Origin: a virus
IMG/VR virus record: IMGVR_UViG_3300040770_000387
Direction: 5' to 3' (one strand)
DNA: 64,000 bases
Under the pieces are notes generated by a model. It searched no databases and was not told the DNA's origin. It saw only the letters and a program-made list of their open reading frames with translations. Both the position numbers and the translations under genes were made by a program. Positions within the stretch are counted from its first letter, which is position 1, and each line of letters begins with the position of its first letter. Positions 58,701 to 64,000 of the stretch are shown here, one piece after another.

Positions 58701-61286
58701 AGTATATCAGCCAACATTAACAAGTTTATGTCGATGGCCAGTCAGTATGACTTAAAACTAAACAAAAAAAATGTAGTGTGGAGCTACGTTAAAAAGACAC
58801 AAGTAGAAGGAGAAGCTCCTGAATATGAAATAGTAAGTCGCGATAGCTTTGGAGGAATGAACGATGAGAGCACTAGAGCCATAGCGCTTGTGGGAAACAT
58901 GTTAGGTATGTTTGCCGATGCTGCAAAAGATCCTTTCCCTGCAGCACTTATGCTTAACGAGGTTAATACTACTACGATATTATCCATGCTTGGTGTTGGA
59001 GTTGAACCTGATATGGCGATGTCTTTCAATTTTATTCCAGAGATTCGCAATGCAATTGCCAGAGTACAACAGTCTAAAGCGGCTTTGACCAAAGGAGTAA
59101 CCAACGAAATGGGCTTTTTAGGAACAGAGATTAACGCAGAGTTAAAAGAAATTGTTACTGCTGATGTGCTTGATGAGCTGTTTAAAAAAGGCGTAATTCT
59201 CCCAGGGTCTTACGGATCAAAATTACTCTTGAACAAAGAACGCATTTTGTTAGAACACACTGCAAAAAAATTAGACGCAAAGGCTATTGAAGCAAACGTG
59301 CTAACTACAAACCAAATTGGATTTACAGTAAGTGCTGTTATTACTTCTGGTAAAAAAGGAAGCGAAGTAATTAGTCAGGATGGTTTAAGCGAAGAAGCTA
59401 CTAAAGCAATATTGATGACATACTACAACGAACAAGCAGCACAGACTTGGAAGATTCGTGATGCTGGTTCGATTAACAACTTGTTTAAAAAGCTAAATCC
59501 TTCGTTTATTACTTTTGACAAGTTGCGTCAAAATGTAAACGACATGCGATATGCAGCGGCAGGAGTTGGAGAAAGCATTTTTACTCAAGAATCATTAGCA
59601 CCTATGTTTGCTAAAAATCAACCTTGGGGTGTTTTAGCAGATGCTTTAGATGATCTTAACGATCAAGCGGCTAAGATATTTTTAGAAAGAACAGAGTCAT
59701 TCAAGCCTATTACTAACGCTTTTGAAACGGTCTTTACAGATAAGGCCAACATAGCCAAAGTTATTACAAGTTTCGTAGCCCTATACAAGTACAAAAGCAC
59801 AATGCCTGGAAGCAGGACTTCAACAAACAAAGTTCTCGCAGAGCGATTTGCTCAGGACGATGCTAACTTGCTAGAAGCGTTCACCCCAGAGTATTGGTTT
59901 AATAATACTTTAGCTGAAGAACTAAATACGATGCAACAAAAGTATCCTACAAATGCATTCTTAAAACTGATTCGTCCACAAAGCGAAAAGACTAAAGCAG
60001 TGTATGGAGACGACACTCCGGCAACAGAAGAAAGTCTTCGTATTTTAGGTAAGGTTAAGATCAATGGTGCAGCAGCAGATGCCATAACAGATGATGCTCG
60101 ATTGTTAGTTTCAAAAGAACCCATCTTTATGAAAAAGTTGTTTTATCATGAGTTAGCTAAAACAGGAATGCATTACAAAGCAGGTTCGTTCTTGCAGTAC
60201 ATGCCTTCAGAATATACAGCGCCTCTTTCTAAGTACATTGAAGGGTTTGTAGATGTCCTTAGGGATTCTCACAAAGACAGAAAAGGAATGATCGACAAGC
60301 TGGCTACATACATGGGAATAACAGATACTGATGTAGAAGAACGAAACAGAAAGGTTTACGGATTCTTTGATGCTCTGTTCGTTCAGATGGGACATGCTGC
60401 AGTAAAAGAAGTAGGTAACAAAAAAATTGTTATGCCTAGGGCAGTTTCTTTTTCGCAAGACGCTAAATGGGGACGCAACTTTATGGGTCTTTTTGAATTT
60501 GACGAAGAGACACCTGCTAACGGAATAGATTTTACAGCTGCTGAAATATCTGTTATAGAAACTAAAAGATTAGCCATTGCTGCAGAACATCTTTCTGATA
60601 TAGTAGGACAAGAAGTAGACCCTAAGCTAAACAAGTTTCAGCTGTCAAGTGTTATTAACAAAGAAGCTGTTCCAAGTATTACGCTTAACTTTAATCTTAA
60701 ACTTGAGAATGCGCTTAGCGAATCTGTACTAGACGCTGTTGCCAAAACATTAGGCCTTGGTTATGACCAAGAAACAGGCGATCGGATTTTTCCAGTATTG
60801 CTTAAAGTAGGAACAAATAATTACATCTTGCAAGGTGTTGATTTGGACATGGACAACAACAGTTTTGGAAAAACAGTAGTGCGTGCTATCAGCTACAACG
60901 GAAGTATATCTTTATCCGGAACAACTGCAAAATACAAACTTTTGCCGGCGGCTTTATCCTCAGGAACATTAAGCCCAATAGGATTTAGTGCAAAGGCATC
61001 AAAGATGTACATGGATTACATTAACAAAGCAGCAATTCTACCTTTTAAAGAAGGATATGTTCCTATTGAAAGACAAGCCCCAAAGAAAGTTTTAGCCCCT
61101 GAGGTAGTAGAAGCTATGCCAGAAACAGCTAACTTTGTAGAAGAAGCTTGGGACATTTTCTATGAAGACAGTTCTAAACAATTAAGCAAAGAAGCTTATA
61201 AGAAAACAGCCATGGACATGTACGTGCAACTTCGCGGAACCTTTACCAAAATTGAGCAATTCTTAGACATCATAAAGTGCCTTTAA
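49758..61286 (+). CDS. Giant virion RNA polymerase (two-barrel, crAss/phi14:2 gp66-like) with zincin-like protease domain
   Basis: GSDFDVD catalytic-type motif (57834-57848), VRIPSEDKRSM, KRQKKFLAAG, ADAAKDP; HEAFH (52818-52832) with downstream EEILAD. Confidence 0.9.
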   Translation: MACETTTEKYTQVVQKLIAIDPVKYSEFDNIAKFLIKSVLTPEQKTLSLHHIAHIFKSLSSLAPEIYSIGNAHLVSEGVVNIGEPDVYMEAIGSIYDVKPDKIVSFKKITDAISAMGNSKNIPVTDDLIGANGALGLMNQYFNSAEFNSREERAELLKQAFDMLEQEIVNMGDLLPASNKMALRSQIAKAKKSLESTSDYINRDDLAPLEGYDSYMVVLADGSIVEAQLGENGKFQYIWSNNTGEVSDIQEEIVYSKKLANFPASTRQSIKQTFKADTIASSFSIRAVNPDDQAAIDKVINSSASPQSKMEIILVVNSGMADFRVEALQAKASQDPKLASLANRNHETYETAGQIKALQATPDATIMTVARPKAGEQPFTLMGKIKGTDQMFYLYGLDNYAFVKSDNSTELVDFSNEGHLALVKKLADKWGNNWVSEDLTQEDLDQLKASYLRHKEFMAEMRPLAQEGFATDFNMDVTEEFFNKYRIGRADNNKTSENLDQALNRDRSISKSLTVVTVVDGEVVETEQNVKVPFFFSRTSSTEMDLKDFVQHQFLANNQKIAVNTPTGVKYISERDYATQVLGINHSVIAQSVTTGLTNGKDLGQKNILIQFNKDGSFGYRIVEPMRPFENEMQFGMFLANMVNVIDSGLTNMESTVKSFDKEGFTFRFYNNTKGQTRLKVNFAAGAMINGKRSLQIELRPFGNTGAYDFIVGSSQSRQAFNFPLNESLIKDLNSKIKALSNGSKSLRAAHPGVFGISDTESLKGTIEFFQKLDALVGLGNVSPEVQALVDEIRKAEQLFSNHIMDTVIGENASALIAKTAAYPQFMDAFREDFTRNGVFMPNYLVGQDTEDNTWHARIQLGNANSHFNNSFTRKARNYKLLTFDKKEAQILPNEADNSKRLTANPATNGVVDISVEEVVEEEVTPEEVGTGTTSVDDTDEYIPDMFSLLGADAAFETETKEERLTTTQWLADALPQLGLSTEDVADMIDLAKIDGRVLGAMKDKMIYLSNSMLSKGVVYHEAFHGVFRHLMTSTERDALINKVTFMAMHQSKFTDAALEAFARDRNLLYNKSEMARLQAEEILADGFQKHMNEGKKSTGIVAAFHKILRKLLEFFNMHSKLIDHTYADISDGRFSQRVAQSGMFQDQVAYELIPGLKEYYMDDAFVTPRARNGALSTYDQNQLISTVTAYLLNDFAKEDFDTKFDRNARKVLDEVYNIEKLVALSPKNRKGITEKYNPLISNYRFMLGARRPRTEGETLIEGETIYEVNISGNKSYDKKILSVAVVDGEVDNNLGQVSYDALKRMVKKQIDKTKDLYQELEDSAINLSNITGDKITDQDDVKSDIQEGGSFDKDNNEHNPMDAMPAVVRRLLSLVRSTSYDAQFNIEIPTMVDAETLYGALIKTSADIAPEHIVNNIKVVGQTLEKDGYEISRDYIALYNEISSKTIMNEDGQPLVNKQLFRSMVDALHLASVEFMTMHVQSKYEYIPEAKVSIDETIGYTIKDKIQYEDISKKKKDLIASMITTHTGEGRTPAYREALKEAIRLSTLILIEPDLLSDIKSTSVKLDTLTNDIHTAFKTLGMVFPKSLISLSLMAINTVDKKQKTVLDDEGNYHQLHYDIHAGFIADKSYLELDFFTDVKYILGLLTGAEALSNNQFANLMDESNLEVMLANPKKYTNINRFNIIVGKAMSYVVKYDPSELPGVVKDSEGKTRYRYAKYSPATIIAQKIRREGLDAALSDDPHYLHSLKNFFADNYFFAEMLAGDDSLKVDMMKLFMNNFKVQMFGGVTQSINGEFQKGNSFKNIDEKSLYALGIMSFLSRTNYSSFKNVVLEDGTRDVKATTISTYARSFSQLESSDTNLLVTAIYSPYANSKGVSKDKEGRLKIVANMEAVVKQEYNRIQREWSSRAADKEAYDSGKKGRLMANYNGVIDENDKTKADVENKKLRGHKFSKFADFFNSEKGADLSEALINIAKAEGEDAIAYQDIAADLKKQLLDALNVYAQDQLDKHVQRLVDIEVISKVEEPRISMASGTAKTLETAPNTFYISSAIAKQLKVAGQLPVAINDMYSKSPNNFDLSGNVVTGKADIIGLVQDSFFNNWANAMSVNDILDGDMAMNVKDQVDYFKRQKKFLAAGSTMKEGFHRVAYFNALTIYIDTKNPQYGPYKTFEDIESDTRIPTDALRAEIQENWKNKNNHYESFDGQSITSLMHQMDMHESMGRLSEGIIDIMIAKHYRELSQKELAEMKANKVVNNPKKSVTADRNVYHKLSETYIDRLQVSELLLNGKTKKEVEETLHGLYAEVYSLRALRQEAHKAGEFGMISDLDARIKVAIQLAHGYFAPLNHRKEQHAILNSMEYHQVDQVMDTTASKNATILPLDIEASKLAIGEYLNLPLASQDLDNRFKFLQVETSGVKDKVKMSVQSKTLLPADLARLFEIATAGGNELSASEKASVDQVADTLVKYQDSLRKISESNMAALKTVMRKGADFDMGLVYKLIYENLAAQGAPSPTLDLFSRDASGKPVHSPNLPAIRNMLEYYFFSQYSKHVTDEKGAGFKNIHISSYGYDVVEEIATGKIITTDTIRKDPRKYEDKALYKARPLGVSVEDELGKDGLPTGRKIYFMETIMPMPGDFSNPQQREFYMKYLTKAFGVRIPSEDKRSMVAIKVVDFLDSSNSNGIVMPQMVHLLAGSDFDVDALYGQVYAHYVNAAGVAVLYGDYERYGSKATGEFVEFVHYMGKDMDLKELITIQKKKLLEQEDYTPSQNALDIVLDMGFEKEDIIQNMNLKELQDTYSDLQTDYKAAQVLSNSVGEEFAAAKDFAIKNPQDKEASKERKRLGAYINEVNTNTERLREEKREIYPEITRAAQFKRAVLKIEATLLVLQAYNLPVSQAKFEANPDYNLSVRPKYQNENLAAKIGIMSNEAVFNHLYIHEHASPERFAAILDAKGIDIKKFGSGYNHLTSDGMIKTKVTNSMNKDGISISANINKFMSMASQYDLKLNKKNVVWSYVKKTQVEGEAPEYEIVSRDSFGGMNDESTRAIALVGNMLGMFADAAKDPFPAALMLNEVNTTTILSMLGVGVEPDMAMSFNFIPEIRNAIARVQQSKAALTKGVTNEMGFLGTEINAELKEIVTADVLDELFKKGVILPGSYGSKLLLNKERILLEHTAKKLDAKAIEANVLTTNQIGFTVSAVITSGKKGSEVISQDGLSEEATKAILMTYYNEQAAQTWKIRDAGSINNLFKKLNPSFITFDKLRQNVNDMRYAAAGVGESIFTQESLAPMFAKNQPWGVLADALDDLNDQAAKIFLERTESFKPITNAFETVFTDKANIAKVITSFVALYKYKSTMPGSRTSTNKVLAERFAQDDANLLEAFTPEYWFNNTLAEELNTMQQKYPTNAFLKLIRPQSEKTKAVYGDDTPATEESLRILGKVKINGAAADAITDDARLLVSKEPIFMKKLFYHELAKTGMHYKAGSFLQYMPSEYTAPLSKYIEGFVDVLRDSHKDRKGMIDKLATYMGITDTDVEERNRKVYGFFDALFVQMGHAAVKEVGNKKIVMPRAVSFSQDAKWGRNFMGLFEFDEETPANGIDFTAAEISVIETKRLAIAAEHLSDIVGQEVDPKLNKFQLSSVINKEAVPSITLNFNLKLENALSESVLDAVAKTLGLGYDQETGDRIFPVLLKVGTNNYILQGVDLDMDNNSFGKTVVRAISYNGSISLSGTTAKYKLLPAALSSGTLSPIGFSAKASKMYMDYINKAAILPFKEGYVPIERQAPKKVLAPEVVEAMPETANFVEEAWDIFYEDSSKQLSKEAYKKTAMDMYVQLRGTFTKIEQFLDIIKCL

Positions 61287-61321
61287 TCAACCTACCTGAA
61301 TTTACCAAATACCTTTAACCT

Positions 61322-64000
61322 ATGAGTAATTTTTGTCACAACACTAATGATCCGGATTGGAAAATCCTAGAGGCTGCTCTAGGTAGGGCAGACGCAGAAG
61401 TCGCCTACGAGCTTAACAAAAAAGAAATCCCAACTATAGAAGAAGCTCGGTTGTTATTATCTCAGGCTAAAGTGGAAGAAAAAGACGAACAGATCTCACG
61501 CTCGCCTGACGCTTTTAAACTTAAAAGAGCAATAGCTCAGATGAATGTTTTGACACTAGCTTCTGAAAAAGGAAACGATCCTCAGAAAGAAACCATGGCC
61601 AAAATAATGGACATGAATCGATCGTACCAGGAATTTCTTCAAGGAAACTTAGATCGAATTAAAAACGGAGAAGCTCCTATAAAAACTATTTCTGTTAGCA
61701 ACTTGTTGGGTAACTCTGATTTTAAAGGAGACGCTAAATTGTACGAGGCTTTCAAACTTTTTGGAACTTTTATGCACGAGGTTATTGAGTTAGCTTCTGT
61801 AGAGGCTTTAGCTAAAGGTGTTAGTATTCAAAAAGTAATGACCAAAGAGTTCTTTGACAGCAGTTATGAAAACTACGGAAAGAAAACACCGTTTGTTATT
61901 GAAGAGTTTAGCACCACTATGATGTACGAAGCTGCTGTAGAAATAGCCAATAACATTCCTTCTAACGGAGGCCACATTATTGTTCCTGAAATTACAGTGA
62001 TGGGGACTAACGCAAACCAAGCTCGTATCATAGGACGTGTCGATTTAACCATAATTGACCGTATGGGTAGAGTAAAGATATTTGATTTTAAAACTAAAAA
62101 AGTAACAGACCTTGTTACATTTGGTCCTGGAAAACCTACAGTAGATAACGCTGACAAAGCGTTGCTTAACATAGCACAAAAAGGATATGAAGTGAGCAAC
62201 CTTGCCGGAACTATGGTCAAGCTTGTTGGTAATAACAGAACAGAGTATGAAAAATGGACACAGCAACTTAAGGTGTATGAAAATATTCTTATGCAAAGCG
62301 GTATTCCAGTATCAGACAATACTATTGTAGCATTTATTTACCAGACAACAATACTTAATCCAGAAACACCAGAGATAGGATCTAAGTATTTAGGAAGTGT
62401 AGTTCACGTTTTTGACGAAAAAAACTTTTTTGATTACGCAAAGACTGTAGCACATCCCGATCCTGATGGATTCTGGAACAACTCGGATGTTTCAAATCGA
62501 TTGTTAGAAACCTCACACAAGATTATAAACGAGGAGATCCCTACCGGAGTGGACAACAGTTATGATAAACTAGTAAAAGCATTCAAGAAACTAGAATTCG
62601 ACGTGCCTGGATCAAAGAACCGTCAACTCTTAGACAACGTAAAGAATCTTATTGCAGCAGAAAAGCAGCAAATAAGCCAGGACATTAGTTCCATGAAGAA
62701 TAATCCGGAGTATAAAGGCTCGTTGACATTACTTGAAGGACGTCAGGCAGCACTTAGCAAACTAGACGACATATTACAAAGAGAAGATATAGAAGACCAG
62801 GTGATGTACTCTTTAAATTTTTCTATTGTAATGGAGCAAGTGGATGAAGAAATGAGTCGGCTTATGGAACTTTCAGAAATAGCTGTTGCCGAGTTTAGAG
62901 GACAAGCGTTTTTAAAATCTAATGACCAGATCAAAACTGTTACAACAGCTTCTGCAAAAGCAAGAGCTATGTTTGACGTGATACAAGTCTTAAGAGAAAC
63001 CATTACTGAGGCAAAAGAAAACCCAGCAAATGGTATCACTGAAGACAGTGCGGTTATGAAAAAGCTTTCGCTTATAGACAGTTATACAGAATCTCTTGCT
63101 GCAAATATGAGAGAAATTGGTTTGGCCACAGCAATGGGTACAATCAAATCCGCTATTTCAGAAAAAGGATTCAACAAAGTAAAAGGAGAATTAAGCGAAA
63201 TAGATGAAGGAAAACTAATTGTGCTTAGAAAAAAACTAGCCGATCTTCGTGAAGGAAAATTTGGAGGGCCTATTGCTTTTCTTAAAAACAAAAGCTTGTT
63301 GTTCATGTCTCCTCGTTACAAAAAATTGTTAGCAGAGAAAATGGGTGTTCAAGGCGGCGGTTTTATAGAAGCTATTGAACGTGTGGAGATGGATATAAAA
63401 AAACTAGAAAGAAGAGCTCTTGATGGTTTTGATTACGATGATGAGTCTATTAGAAAATACCTTGAGGGTTCCGGAGATCCAAATCAAGATTGGTCCATAG
63501 GATCACAAGATTTTTATATGCCTGATGGTATATTGTCTTCTACTTCTATTGACAAGATGATAGCCTCTGTTTCTAACAAAGATCTTTTGATATCAGCGCA
63601 AACGCAAATAAACAAAAACACTTTAGCTGCAGCAACTCGTACTATGATGACTGATATGGCTAACTTAAAAGTAGATCAGCGTTTAGAAAAGCTGCGCTCT
63701 ATTATGAGCATAGAGCAGTTAAACGATATGATATCGGAGACGCAAGAAAGAAGCTTTATGGATTACAACACAGGAGAAGTTTCAAACAAAAATGTGTTGC
63801 ATCTTAACCGTCATTACGGATCAGAATATGCCAATAAGTTTAGCGACTTTAAAAACGACATGTTTGTTTTTCGCAATGACATTAAAGAACTAAAGATGGC
63901 GCATAACAGCGCTGTAAAAATGCTACACTCTACCAGCAAAACGATTAGTGATGCAGAGGCTTCTAAAAATGCAAAAGAAGCTATGAAAGCGCTTACTGAA
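61322..64000 (+). CDS. Giant cargo protein (5' part, truncated by the window end) with PD-(D/E)XK nuclease domain
   Basis: Missing from the track because it has no stop. I translated 893 open codons: MSNFCHNTNDPDWKIL; GTFMHEVIE, PEIT, GRVDLTII...IFDFKT, QQLKVY. Confidence 0.88.
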   Translation, partial: MSNFCHNTNDPDWKILEAALGRADAEVAYELNKKEIPTIEEARLLLSQAKVEEKDEQISRSPDAFKLKRAIAQMNVLTLASEKGNDPQKETMAKIMDMNRSYQEFLQGNLDRIKNGEAPIKTISVSNLLGNSDFKGDAKLYEAFKLFGTFMHEVIELASVEALAKGVSIQKVMTKEFFDSSYENYGKKTPFVIEEFSTTMMYEAAVEIANNIPSNGGHIIVPEITVMGTNANQARIIGRVDLTIIDRMGRVKIFDFKTKKVTDLVTFGPGKPTVDNADKALLNIAQKGYEVSNLAGTMVKLVGNNRTEYEKWTQQLKVYENILMQSGIPVSDNTIVAFIYQTTILNPETPEIGSKYLGSVVHVFDEKNFFDYAKTVAHPDPDGFWNNSDVSNRLLETSHKIINEEIPTGVDNSYDKLVKAFKKLEFDVPGSKNRQLLDNVKNLIAAEKQQISQDISSMKNNPEYKGSLTLLEGRQAALSKLDDILQREDIEDQVMYSLNFSIVMEQVDEEMSRLMELSEIAVAEFRGQAFLKSNDQIKTVTTASAKARAMFDVIQVLRETITEAKENPANGITEDSAVMKKLSLIDSYTESLAANMREIGLATAMGTIKSAISEKGFNKVKGELSEIDEGKLIVLRKKLADLREGKFGGPIAFLKNKSLLFMSPRYKKLLAEKMGVQGGGFIEAIERVEMDIKKLERRALDGFDYDDESIRKYLEGSGDPNQDWSIGSQDFYMPDGILSSTSIDKMIASVSNKDLLISAQTQINKNTLAAATRTMMTDMANLKVDQRLEKLRSIMSIEQLNDMISETQERSFMDYNTGEVSNKNVLHLNRHYGSEYANKFSDFKNDMFVFRNDIKELKMAHNSAVKMLHSTSKTISDAEASKNAKEAMKALTE

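Larger units (their letters stand above)
1..64000 (+). other. Structural/packaging/ejection module of a crAss-like (Crassvirales-type) phage
   Basis: All credible genes are on + and tightly packed, with ATGA/TAATG overlaps. Order TerL-portal-scaffold-MCP-rings-IHF-muzzle-cargo-giant DFDxD RNA polymerase matches the known crAss-like late module. Confidence 0.93.

Noticed and set aside
2004-61286. Inteins, group I introns, homing endonucleases or DGR elements in TerL, portal, MCP or RNAP
   Set aside because: No C/S...HN intein ends, no LAGLIDADG/HNH/GIY-YIG motifs, no RT, and no adenine-variant repeat pairs were seen. Lengths of TerL, portal and MCP are typical.
1-64000. Stop-codon reassignment (TAG or TGA), common in some crAss-like phages
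   Set aside because: Genes up to 11.5 kb are uninterrupted under the standard code, and TAG (11410, 11785) and TGA (933, 14561) act as real stops with coupled downstream starts.

Overview
The whole 64 kb window is a co-directional (+ strand) virion morphogenesis block of a crAss-like (Crassvirales-type) phage, most likely infecting Bacteroidota (A-rich leaders, no Shine-Dalgarno pattern). Gene order: PD-(D/E)XK nuclease, small ORFs, large terminase, portal, scaffold-like protein, major capsid protein, gene-75-like protein, three tiny basic proteins, ring, auxiliary capsid and hub-like proteins, an accessory fibre island (Pro/Thr mucin-like repeats, delta-60 propeller, DUF1353-like protein, HPAT/SERGT-like glycosyltransferase, metallophosphoesterase), HU/IHF-like protein, two ring proteins, a split muzzle gene, several ejected cargo proteins, a 3842-aa virion RNA polymerase (DFDVD plus HExxH zincin), and a final giant ORF with a PD-(D/E)XK domain that runs off the end. 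The standard genetic code fits. The most striking observations are: (1) a minimal HDV-like ribozyme fold behind three hairpins just downstream of the capsid gene; (2) a plant-type O-glycosyltransferase next to mucin-like fibre genes; (3) three consecutive giant cargo ORFs whose only cysteines lie at the extreme termini; (4) a recurring x-x-x-G(G) motif punctuating the smaller cargo proteins. All family assignments come from motif recognition and synteny by eye. No database search was run.
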